A stretch of DNA of 64,000 bases from a virus. Below are positions 39,585 to 48,609 of this stretch, one piece after another. The notes below the pieces were generated by a model that was not told where the DNA came from, did no database searches, and worked only from the letters and a program-made list of their open reading frames with translations. The position numbers and the translations under genes are program-made. The stretch lies in IMG/VR virus record IMGVR_UViG_3300021431_002079, positions 1,975-65,974 of that record; one strand, 5' to 3'. The stretch's first letter is position 1, and the number at the start of each line of letters is the position of its first letter.

Positions 39585-40943
39585 ATGGATTATTTAGTAG
39601 ACAAATATATTAAAAAACCTGATTACGTTAAAGAATTGTTTAACAAATCAGCAACCGTATCATTAAAGATTGATGGTTCAGCATTTCAGATATTTTATAA
39701 TAAAGAAGAAGATAAAATAGAATATCATAAACGTGGTGGATCATCAAGTAAGCTTGGTCCAATTATTGATGAGTATACACAATTGTTTACAAAACATTTA
39801 AATGATGCTATAGAGTTTTTTGATAATAAAAAAGATTTATTAAAAGAAAATAAATTCTATGCTATTGAAATATTTAATAATATGTATGTTCTTTTAACTG
39901 TAATAGATAATAATGATAATATAATCACTGAAGTATCTGATATAGCAAGAAAATTAAATATTGAATCTTTACCGATTTTATTTAATGGTAAATTAAAATT
40001 TAATGACGATATTATCTCATTATTAACTTTAGATGAAAATACATCAAATGAAGATTTTATATCAGCAATTAAAGGAACATTTGGACCTGGAGATTATGAA
40101 AAATTCTTAAAAGGAGATGAAGTTGAAGGTATTGTTTTAACATGGGTTGTAGATAATAAACCATTACAATATAAAATTATTAATCCTGCATTTAAGACAA
40201 GACATGAAGCTGAACAAAAGAATAAATTAAAAGAAGCAGAAAAAGATACAAAACAAATAAACAAGTTAATAGAATCTTTATATGATAGACTAAAAGATGT
40301 TGCTAAATATAGAGATGATAACTGGATAAAAAATCTTGATTTAAATTTCTTTGAAATGTGTTCAGATCCTAATTGGTTATCAGATATTAAAAATATAGCA
40401 AAAGAGATAACTCCAAACACTAATAAATGGTTTATACTTCAAACAAATAGAGTAAGCTCAATTATAAAAGATTTATTGGATCATAATGGAAATGAAATGA
40501 AAACCATTTATGAAAAATATTTAATGACTTTCAATAAACCAAAAAAGAGAGCATTTATTATATCTAAAGAATTTCAAAATAATATAAATAACATAATAGA
40601 AAAACTACAATCGGTAAAAGAATCATTAAAATTATATACTAAAATAAATATGAAATCAATATCACAATACATAAATGAATCACAAGATAAGTATTTTACT
40701 GAACAAGAAAAAGGTAAGATACTAAAAGATATGTGGGATAAGGATGGACAATTTTATAAATTTTTAAAAGATAAAGTTAATTCATTATGTGCTGCAGATA
40801 TAAATAATTATTTTGACCAATGTTTAGATGATGAAAGATGTTTAGCAGAATTTGCCTCATATATTAGTATGGTTATCGGTCGTCATAACTTTAGTTTAGA
40901 ACAAGTTAAAAAATTTATGAATACTGAAGATCTTAAAGGATAA
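39585..40943 (+). CDS. RNA ligase-like nucleotidyltransferase (KxDG) fused in-frame to a leader-tagged C-terminal module
   Basis: ATVSLKIDGSAFQIFY (motif I KxDG at residue 28), EVEGIVLTW (motif V-like); an internal leader MKSISQYINESQ at 40650 (codon 356) begins a about 98-aa C-terminal segment that may be a separate gene. Confidence 0.55.
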   Translation: MDYLVDKYIKKPDYVKELFNKSATVSLKIDGSAFQIFYNKEEDKIEYHKRGGSSSKLGPIIDEYTQLFTKHLNDAIEFFDNKKDLLKENKFYAIEIFNNMYVLLTVIDNNDNIITEVSDIARKLNIESLPILFNGKLKFNDDIISLLTLDENTSNEDFISAIKGTFGPGDYEKFLKGDEVEGIVLTWVVDNKPLQYKIINPAFKTRHEAEQKNKLKEAEKDTKQINKLIESLYDRLKDVAKYRDDNWIKNLDLNFFEMCSDPNWLSDIKNIAKEITPNTNKWFILQTNRVSSIIKDLLDHNGNEMKTIYEKYLMTFNKPKKRAFIISKEFQNNINNIIEKLQSVKESLKLYTKINMKSISQYINESQDKYFTEQEKGKILKDMWDKDGQFYKFLKDKVNSLCAADINNYFDQCLDDERCLAEFASYISMVIGRHNFSLEQVKKFMNTEDLKG

Positions 40944-40969
40944 AATATAAAAAAATTATATAAATAAAA

Positions 40970-41260
40970 ATGAAAACAATAAAAGAAATATTATTGGAAG
41001 GAAAAAATAATTCATTACCTTGGAGTTCATCAGCAGCATGGATTTATGTATTGTCATGTATTGCTAATGTAAACGAAAGAAAATTATTTGAATCATTAAA
41101 TAAAAAGGTTTTATCTAATGATGAATCAAAAGAAATTATTAGTTTATTAAAAAGATTTGTTCCAGAAGGATTTAAACTTGAATATATTAATGATTTATTT
41201 GATATTCTTAGAGAATTAAATATTAAACCACAAAAATCTAAATTATTAATTGAAAATTAA
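40970..41260 (+). CDS. small protein (96 aa) with variant leader
   Basis: MKTIKEILLEG. Confidence 0.45.
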   Translation: MKTIKEILLEGKNNSLPWSSSAAWIYVLSCIANVNERKLFESLNKKVLSNDESKEIISLLKRFVPEGFKLEYINDLFDILRELNIKPQKSKLLIEN

Positions 41261-41266
41261 AATGAT

Positions 41267-41604
41267 ATGAAAGACATTAAAGAATATATTTTAGAATTCC
41301 AAAAAACTTGGCAAACAACAATAATAGATATTGCAAAACAATATGTTGTTTAACCTAATGGGGGTGAATATAAAAAAATCAGATATTGAAAAAATGATAA
41401 GTAGTAAGAAAATAGATGGAGAGTTAATTGCTTATTTATGTGAATATATTGCTTATTCTGTAACAAATAAATATGGGGATGATGAAGGAACCTATACATT
41501 TATTTGACAAGCAGATTTTCAATATGAAGGAAATATTGGAAAAATTAGTGTATATAAAGATTATGAAGAATTAGTAACAAAAACATTTAAAAAATATAAA
41601 TAAT
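41267..41604 (+). pseudogene. frameshifted leader-tagged cassette gene (three consecutive short frames)
   Basis: MKDIKEYILEFQKTWQTTIIDIAKQYVV* (41267-41353), then MGVNIKKSDIEK...TYTFI* in +1, then QADFQYEGNIGKISVYKDYEELVTKTFKKYK* in another frame; A7 run at 41383-41389. Confidence 0.45.
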
Positions 41605-42204
41605 ATGAAAACATTAAAAACATTTATTTTAGAATCTCAATCAGAAATTTTACCTATAATAAAAAGAATGATGGGATCAATTGATTATTCAAAACTAAAA
41701 TCATATAATGGAGAACAAGATTCAAACAAATTTGATGTTCAAAAAGAAAATGAACTTTTATTAATTAGTAATATTGATGAAGGCGATGATTTTAAGTTTG
41801 TTGGAACTGCTGAATATTATAATATTGAAACAGGAAAAGATTTCAATAGTTTATCTGATAAAGAAAAGGCAGATTATGATTCTAAAAATGGAGATATTAT
41901 TGTTTTAGATAAAGATAATAATATTAAATTTAGAATTGATGTTAAACTTAGTGATAAATATTTAGGAGCTATATCATTAGGTTCATTAACTAAATTTGAT
42001 AAAGATGGATATTATTTATTAATCTGTAAAACTGGTAAATTCTTCAAATTAGTATCTCATAAAGATGTTGTAGATAATGTTAAGAATGGAAAATTAAAAT
42101 TAAATGCTCCTATAAATAATTATAAAGGTTATGATGTAGAATGGGAAGGTGAAAAATTAACATCAGAATATTTTATTAAAGGAGCAGATTTAAGAAAAAT
42201 TTAA
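41605..42204 (+). CDS. CTS-like-leader protein (199 aa)
   Basis: MKTLKTFILESQ leader. Confidence 0.6.
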   Translation: MKTLKTFILESQSEILPIIKRMMGSIDYSKLKSYNGEQDSNKFDVQKENELLLISNIDEGDDFKFVGTAEYYNIETGKDFNSLSDKEKADYDSKNGDIIVLDKDNNIKFRIDVKLSDKYLGAISLGSLTKFDKDGYYLLICKTGKFFKLVSHKDVVDNVKNGKLKLNAPINNYKGYDVEWEGEKLTSEYFIKGADLRKI

Positions 42205-42215
42205 TAATTTATATT

Positions 42216-42530
42216 ATGAAAAACTTAAATGATTATATTATAGAAAGTGGCCCAGTTAAAGTAACAACTGGTGCAGGTTGCGTAGAAATGATTAAAATAA
42301 TTATTAATGAACTTTCAAAAAATCCTGATTACAAAGGAAAGAATAAAGAATTATGGAAATCTGCAGGACAATTTTTATATGATTATCTTAGAGAGTTAAA
42401 TAATTCTGATTATGAAAAAATTGTTAGTGAATTAGAACTACCAGATTTAAGGAATAACAAAGATGAAGAATTTTCTCCAGATACGGTACAATTTGCAATG
42501 GTATTAAAAATGAAAGACATGAAAAAATAA
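42216..42530 (+). CDS. CTS-like-leader protein (104 aa)
   Basis: MKNLNDYIIESG leader. Confidence 0.55.
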   Translation: MKNLNDYIIESGPVKVTTGAGCVEMIKIIINELSKNPDYKGKNKELWKSAGQFLYDYLRELNNSDYEKIVSELELPDLRNNKDEEFSPDTVQFAMVLKMKDMKK

Positions 42531-42568
42531 AATAAAGTGGGGAATAAACATTTATTTAATAACTTAAG

Positions 42569-42602
42569 AGTATCACAATTTAAAATTGTGATACTTTTTT
42601 TA
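42569..42602 (+). terminator. rho-independent terminator closing the cassette array
   Basis: stem agtatcacaatt / aattgtgatact then T7. Confidence 0.65.
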
Positions 42603-42712
42603 ATTAACATAAATTAATTATTTCACTAATATTTTTATATATATTGTTTTAATTTTACTATCGTTATAAGAAATTAATATTTTTAATTAAATTAATAAAA
42701 GACTATAACAAT

Positions 42713-45241
42713 ATGAAAACAATATATATAACATTACTTTGTATTTTATTAAATTTTACACCTATAAATTTTATACCTGTAAATTCTCAGACTCGTGCAG
42801 AAATGTCAAGTCAACAATGGTGTGGAGTAATGGTTGACACAATTATTGGAAATGATAAGTATCCTGATGTTTTTGATAGAGACCCACAAGGCTTACCTAT
42901 TATATTATATAATGTTGGTACTGGATGTTTTATAACCCAAGGTGGAGATTGGGCTATGGAAGGTCGTCTATTTTATTCTGATTTTGGACGAACTATGTAT
43001 TTATGTAACAATGGACGTATAAACAGTGGTATTACTGAAAGAAATGTTAATGTTAAGAAGAATAGTTTTTGTGTAAGACCACCAGCACCATTTGGAAAAA
43101 ATTGGAATGACATTAAAAACATCAATTTCACTACGTTGATGGATGGTGAATATAGAAACGAAACTTTTCAAAAATGGGAATTTGAACGTATTGAAGGTGA
43201 AACTGGAGATACTTGCACATATTATATGTATCAGAAATTTAATACTAACACAAAATACTACTTTGGTGCTGTCTATGGGGAATACAACGGTGACAAGGGT
43301 GTTGGGCAATTAATATTTCTTGATGATGATCGTTCTTGTTGGACAACAGCACCAGTTAAAGGTGTAACAACAAAATATCAATTAGAAAATGGAGATGAAG
43401 TCGAATTACAAAAACTTTATCAATGGCGCTTAGTTTCCATCGAAGAATTTTTAAGAGTATTAAATAGTGATGAAGCTGGATTAAATCCAAGTGTATCAGC
43501 ATTGATACCAGATAGAGATTTTACTCGTAATGCTATTGATTTCTTTAGTGAAAATCCTAATCATGGTTGGACAATATGCCGTTTAGCTAATCATACATAT
43601 AAAGATGGTGATGATAAACGTTATCCATACACATGGGGTAACTATAAGATGGGATCTGATGTTAATAGTAACAAACAACGTTCAAGAGAATTATTAGAGG
43701 AATCATGGGATTCTCCTGTAAGATTAAAGGCTGTATTTGATGCTGATATAACCCAAGAACGTGGTAAGAAAGATGCTAAATATGGGTTTATGGAATTTGA
43801 AGGTGTTGGATATATTTATTCAAATTTCAAAGTAACTAAACCAGGTTGGTATGAAATAACTTCTATTGCGATTAATCAAAGTGATAATAACGATGCACAT
43901 ATGTTTGCTCGTGTAATAGATGATGCAGATAGTCTAAAACAAGAAAATGAATTTGAAATACCAATAACAGATATACCAAGTTATAGTAGTATTGAATTAG
44001 ATAAAGTATCATTAGGAACATATAAAAAAGGATACGATAATAATGGAAAAGATGGATATGAGAATTGTTTAGTTATGGGTAAAGAATTACTTGCCAATGG
44101 TGAAGTTCATCAAAGAAAAGTTTGGGTATTAGTTTCTGAAAAGGATTTTAATGATGGTAAGAAAACAATTCGTGTAGGTATTAGGAAAGATAATGCTACA
44201 ATGTCTAATAAAACTAATGGTGGTTATTATGACTTAGATTGGGTATGTGTAGATGATATACGTGCAATATATATGGGTATGTCTCCAGCATTCTTTTATG
44301 AAGACATGGAAACTTTAAATTACCTTGATGATATAAATCACGAGGATCTTTACTTAGCTAATGAATACCCAAAACGTGGTCCTGAAGGTGAGTATGGAGG
44401 AGCTGTTAGTATACAACGTAAGTTCACTAATAATGAATGGAATACATTTTCATTTATATTACCATTAACTGGAGAACAAATTCGTAATGCATTTGGTGAT
44501 AAAACTGAATTATTAGAATTAGTTGGTATTGGTACATTATCAAATAATGAAAATATTATTGATTTTAAAACAGTTAATTTAATAACATTAGATCATGTTG
44601 TTGTACCAGGAAAACTTTATATGATTAAACCATCAAAGTTACCAGTGTATGGTGAAAGTCCTCGTAAGACAAGGGCGTACTATTATGACTTAGGTAGAAT
44701 GTTTTTCTCAATTAAATCTGAACCACAAGAGTATAAATATCCTGTTATAGATTTAACAAAGTTACCATATAAGAGTACTGATGTTGGTTCATATCAAGGT
44801 AGAAATAATGGAACAGAACATGTGACATACATTCAAACTCCAAATTACAGTAATTTTAGAGTTGATAGATATGGGAATGTGATGGCTAAAGTTAATGCTG
44901 TAGATAGTACATATGCACCAAAAGGAGCTTATGTAATGAGTGGTGGAAAAATGTATGAATTAGCTAAAGATACTCCACTTAAAGGATTCCGTGGATGGAT
45001 AACATTAACCCATAGCATATTTGCAAATAGTAGTGCAGCTGCTTTAGGAACACCATTTTCAATAAATGGTATATTTGATCAAGATGAAACCCCAATAGAA
45101 ACTGACACAAAAATAATTACATCTATAAAAAACACCAATACATCAATATATGATATAACTGGTAAAAAGATTACTAATTCAATTAACTCTTTATCACCGG
45201 GTTTATATATCGTAAATGGAAAAAAATTACTTATAAAATAA
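42713..45241 (+). CDS. secreted protein (842 aa) with Sec signal peptide and T9SS (Por) C-terminal sorting domain
   Basis: N-terminus MKTIYITLLCILLNFTPINFIPVNSQT (signal peptide); C-terminus ...NTNTSIYDITGKKITNSINSLSPGLYIVNGKKLLIK matches the Por_Secre_tail pattern (vYDlxGrxV...LxxGiYivk...kk). Confidence 0.7.
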   Translation: MKTIYITLLCILLNFTPINFIPVNSQTRAEMSSQQWCGVMVDTIIGNDKYPDVFDRDPQGLPIILYNVGTGCFITQGGDWAMEGRLFYSDFGRTMYLCNNGRINSGITERNVNVKKNSFCVRPPAPFGKNWNDIKNINFTTLMDGEYRNETFQKWEFERIEGETGDTCTYYMYQKFNTNTKYYFGAVYGEYNGDKGVGQLIFLDDDRSCWTTAPVKGVTTKYQLENGDEVELQKLYQWRLVSIEEFLRVLNSDEAGLNPSVSALIPDRDFTRNAIDFFSENPNHGWTICRLANHTYKDGDDKRYPYTWGNYKMGSDVNSNKQRSRELLEESWDSPVRLKAVFDADITQERGKKDAKYGFMEFEGVGYIYSNFKVTKPGWYEITSIAINQSDNNDAHMFARVIDDADSLKQENEFEIPITDIPSYSSIELDKVSLGTYKKGYDNNGKDGYENCLVMGKELLANGEVHQRKVWVLVSEKDFNDGKKTIRVGIRKDNATMSNKTNGGYYDLDWVCVDDIRAIYMGMSPAFFYEDMETLNYLDDINHEDLYLANEYPKRGPEGEYGGAVSIQRKFTNNEWNTFSFILPLTGEQIRNAFGDKTELLELVGIGTLSNNENIIDFKTVNLITLDHVVVPGKLYMIKPSKLPVYGESPRKTRAYYYDLGRMFFSIKSEPQEYKYPVIDLTKLPYKSTDVGSYQGRNNGTEHVTYIQTPNYSNFRVDRYGNVMAKVNAVDSTYAPKGAYVMSGGKMYELAKDTPLKGFRGWITLTHSIFANSSAAALGTPFSINGIFDQDETPIETDTKIITSIKNTNTSIYDITGKKITNSINSLSPGLYIVNGKKLLIK

Positions 45242-45259
45242 TTTGAATAACACACAATA

Positions 45260-45457
45260 ATGAAAAAGAAATACATACATCCAATAATAAGTATAGAGGA
45301 AATCAATAATGAAGGGTGTGGGATATTAATAGCAAGCAGAGGATATGCAAAAGATGGAGAACCTCCAATAGAGGTATTCAAAGAACCTGATAATTCAGAT
45401 GATTGGGGAGATGGAAATGATGATGAAGGTTGGGGAGATTTCATAGATATTGATTAA
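45260..45457 (+). CDS. small acidic protein (65 aa)
   Basis: ORF; C-terminal DDWGDGNDDEGWGDFIDID. Confidence 0.3.
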   Translation: MKKKYIHPIISIEEINNEGCGILIASRGYAKDGEPPIEVFKEPDNSDDWGDGNDDEGWGDFIDID

Positions 45458-45518
45458 AATTGATTAGATAATTAAACATTATGTTTTATTTTTAATATAT
45501 AAAATATAATGGTTTTTT

Positions 45519-46202
45519 ATGTTAAATATAAACACATATATAAACGAGAAACTTAACATATCCACCAAGTACACCTGTAAACCAAAAGATAAATATGAGC
45601 TTAGAGATATAATAGAAAAACGTCTTGAGAAAGATAAAGATGTAGACTTAAATGATATAGATGTGTCAGATATAACAGATATGTCAATTTTATTCTGGAA
45701 ATTAGACCCTCATAATATAGACATAAGTGAGTGGAATGTTTCAAAAGTTAAAAGCATGGAGAGTATGTTTTTTAGTTGTAAAAACTTTAATTGTGACTTA
45801 AGCAATTGGAATGTCTCTAATGTTTATAATATAACATCTATGTTTAGTGAATGTGAAAGTTTTAATTCAGATTTAAGTAACTGGGATGTTTCGAATGTTA
45901 TAAACATAGATAGCATGTTTGACAATTGTAAAAAATTTAATTGTGATTTAAGTAGTTGGAATGTCTCAAAAGTTAAAAATATGTCTTGTATGTTTTTAAA
46001 TTGTGAAAACTTTAATTCAGATATAAGTGAATGGGATGTCTCAAAAGTTACAGAGATGAGATACATGTTTTATAATTGTAAAAATTTTAATTTTGACTTA
46101 AGTGGTTGGGATGTCTCAAATGTTAAAGATATGACAAAAATGTTTGAAGGTTGTACATCATTAAAAAATAAACCTAACTGGTACCATGAAGAAGATAACT
46201 AA
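45519..46202 (+). CDS. DUF285 / 26-residue-repeat protein with leader (array 2, copy 1; 7 repeats)
   Basis: MLNINTYINEKLNIS; 227 aa. Confidence 0.7.
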   Translation: MLNINTYINEKLNISTKYTCKPKDKYELRDIIEKRLEKDKDVDLNDIDVSDITDMSILFWKLDPHNIDISEWNVSKVKSMESMFFSCKNFNCDLSNWNVSNVYNITSMFSECESFNSDLSNWDVSNVINIDSMFDNCKKFNCDLSSWNVSKVKNMSCMFLNCENFNSDISEWDVSKVTEMRYMFYNCKNFNFDLSGWDVSNVKDMTKMFEGCTSLKNKPNWYHEEDN

Positions 46203-46716
46203 TTACATACAAGAAAAACTAAATTTATCTAAGTACACTTGTAAACCAAAAGATAGATTAGAACTTTTAAGTATAATAGAAAGACGTCTTGAACGAAATA
46301 AAGATGTAGATTTTAATGACATTGATGTATCAGATATAACGGATATGTCTTTTCTATTTGAAGAATTAGATCCCCATAATATAGATATAAGCGAGTGGAA
46401 TGTTTCAAAAGTTGAAGATATGAGGAGTATGTTTAACGGGTGTGAAAATTTTAATTGTGATTTATCTGAGTGGGATGTCTCAAATGTTAAACACATGAAC
46501 CAAATGTTTAAAAATTGTAAAAACTTTAATTCAGATTTAAGTAGCTGGAATGTATCACAAATTAAATATATGTTTGATATGTTTGATGGGTGTAAAAAAT
46601 TTAATTCAGATTTAAGTGGATGGAATGTATCTAATGTTAAAGATATGTCAGATATGTTTGATGGATGTAATTCGTTAAAAAATAAACCAAATTGGTACAA
46701 TGAAAAAACTAAATAA
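46186..46716 (+). CDS. DUF285 / 26-residue-repeat protein with leader (array 2, copy 2)
   Basis: MKKITNYIQEKLNLS; 17-nt overlap with previous gene. Confidence 0.7.
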   Translation: MKKITNYIQEKLNLSKYTCKPKDRLELLSIIERRLERNKDVDFNDIDVSDITDMSFLFEELDPHNIDISEWNVSKVEDMRSMFNGCENFNCDLSEWDVSNVKHMNQMFKNCKNFNSDLSSWNVSQIKYMFDMFDGCKKFNSDLSGWNVSNVKDMSDMFDGCNSLKNKPNWYNEKTK

Positions 46717-47221
46717 TTACATACAAGAAAAACTAAATTTATCTAAACACATTATTAAACCAAAAGATTCAGATGAACTTAGACATATAATAAAGGAACG
46801 TCTTAAAAAAGATAAAGATGCAGATTTAAATGATATAGATGTATCAGGTATAACAGATATGTCATATTTATTTAATAATTTAGACCCTCACAATATAGAT
46901 ATAAGTGAATGGGATGTCTCTAATGTTATAAACATGAGCAAAATGTTTTTTTATTGTGAAAATTTTAATACCGATTTAAGTGGGTGGGATGTTAGTAATG
47001 TTAAAAATTTTTGGTTTACATTTTATGAATGTTACAATTTTAATTCTGATTTAAGTAATTGGGATGTATCACATGCTCAAGATATATCTTATATGTTTTA
47101 TGGGTGTAAAAAAATTGATTGTGATTTAAGTGATTGGGATATATCAAATATTAAATATATGGATGGTACATTTAATGGATGTAATTCGTTAAAAAATAAA
47201 CCAAGTTGGTATAAGAACTAA
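46700..47221 (+). CDS. DUF285 / 26-residue-repeat protein with leader (array 2, copy 3)
   Basis: MKKLNNYIQEKLNLS; 32 nt identical to the 5' end of 46186. Confidence 0.7.
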   Translation: MKKLNNYIQEKLNLSKHIIKPKDSDELRHIIKERLKKDKDADLNDIDVSGITDMSYLFNNLDPHNIDISEWDVSNVINMSKMFFYCENFNTDLSGWDVSNVKNFWFTFYECYNFNSDLSNWDVSHAQDISYMFYGCKKIDCDLSDWDISNIKYMDGTFNGCNSLKNKPSWYKN

Positions 47222-47243
47222 ATTAATTTTTAGTTCTTTTTTA
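47215..47243 (+). terminator. terminator hairpin after DUF285 array 2
   Basis: agaactaa / ttagttct then T6. Confidence 0.45.
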
Positions 47244-47300
47244 TGTTTAATTTTTTTGTATTATTTTCTATATTATATTTGTTATTAAATAATGTAGAAT

Positions 47301-47576
47301 ATGAATAAAAATTTGACCAAAGAATTCAATTTTGAATTATTTAAGAGCGGTAAGCCCGCTCAGACAAAGTTAGGTAATCCTGTTAAATTTATTTGTATTA
47401 CTGGTGATAAGATGCTAATTAATATCAAGCATCGTTATAATATTATCGGAGGTTCAACAAAAATATTGGCACCATCATTGTCTGGGCGTAATGAGAAATA
47501 TAACCTTAATGGAAAGAAGTATAATGGTTATAATTCTGAATACGATTTGGAAATGGTTGATTTTTATGAAGCTTAA
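47301..47576 (+). CDS. hypothetical protein (91 aa)
   Basis: ORF only. Confidence 0.4.
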   Translation: MNKNLTKEFNFELFKSGKPAQTKLGNPVKFICITGDKMLINIKHRYNIIGGSTKILAPSLSGRNEKYNLNGKKYNGYNSEYDLEMVDFYEA

Positions 47577-47578
47577 TT

Positions 47579-48055
47579 ATGGCAGAGAATTTTAGAAATA
47601 AACAATGGTTTAAGAAAATTTCTCAAGAAGAAAAAGATTACATTTGTAATGAACTTCTTATAGATGAAAAGACTCTTAAACATGCTGGAAGAGAAACAGA
47701 AGATGGTCGTGTAGTTATAAATCTCCTTAGAATAGACCATATTAATTATACTCCAAAGACTTGGGATGATTGTCTTAAATCATTAAAAAAGAATGTAGAT
47801 GTACTAAATACTACAGATTCATCATTGGAATATTACAAATCGTTGTATAAAGTATTTAAACCAGATGTAAAATATTTGTCTTATAAAGATAATGTTCACA
47901 ATAATGTTTTTTTACAACAGACATCAAAGTATGTTACATCATGGATTAATAAGTTTTTAACTAATGATGAATACGAAAAAAATTATTGTGCGTATCAAAT
48001 TTATGCACATCTATATAGATTGTTTGAGTCAGATTTGCAAATAATTAAAAAATAA
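47579..48055 (+). CDS. hypothetical protein (158 aa)
   Basis: ORF only. Confidence 0.4.
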   Translation: MAENFRNKQWFKKISQEEKDYICNELLIDEKTLKHAGRETEDGRVVINLLRIDHINYTPKTWDDCLKSLKKNVDVLNTTDSSLEYYKSLYKVFKPDVKYLSYKDNVHNNVFLQQTSKYVTSWINKFLTNDEYEKNYCAYQIYAHLYRLFESDLQIIKK

Positions 48056-48068
48056 TAACATAAAATTT

Positions 48069-48584
48069 ATGGAATGGTATAATATTTTATTTTATACAGT
48101 AATTGGTATATTTATAATTAAAACTATTTTTTCTTGGTGTGTAGGGGAATTCGATATTGATGTAGATATTGACGGAGATGATGACATGGATGTGTCTAGT
48201 CTTTTGTCTTTTAAGAGTGTACTACATTTCTTGATAGGTTTTAGCTCCGTACTTTATGGAGAAGCTCATGTATCACCAGAGTCATTGCCGTTTACAATTG
48301 GAGATTATATCTTTGCAGTTGTTACAGGTTTTGTTTTTATGGGTGTATTGTATTTTGCTTACAAACTTGTAATGAAAGCAGATAATTATTCAAAAGATCC
48401 ACATGATTTAATAGATAATTGTTATGGAATAATATATCTCAATCTTGGTGATAATAATTATTCTGTTGAAGCACATACACCAGCTGGAACTGTTAATGTT
48501 AACGCAACATCAGAAAATAGTAATTTAAAAGTTGGTGATAATGTTAAATTAAAAGTTGAAAATAACAATATTATAATTATATAA
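48069..48584 (+). CDS. NfeD-like membrane protein (SPFH partner)
   Basis: N-terminal TM helices (ILFYTVIGIFIIKTIF; FLIGFSSVLYG; FAVVTGFVFMGVLYFAY) and C-terminal beta/OB-like NLKVGDNVKLKVENNNIII, directly upstream of the SPFH gene as in bacterial nfeD-floT/yuaF-yuaG operons. Confidence 0.5.
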   Translation: MEWYNILFYTVIGIFIIKTIFSWCVGEFDIDVDIDGDDDMDVSSLLSFKSVLHFLIGFSSVLYGEAHVSPESLPFTIGDYIFAVVTGFVFMGVLYFAYKLVMKADNYSKDPHDLIDNCYGIIYLNLGDNNYSVEAHTPAGTVNVNATSENSNLKVGDNVKLKVENNNIIII

Positions 48585-48609
48585 GTTTAATTTTAAGTAA
48601 TTTTTAAAA

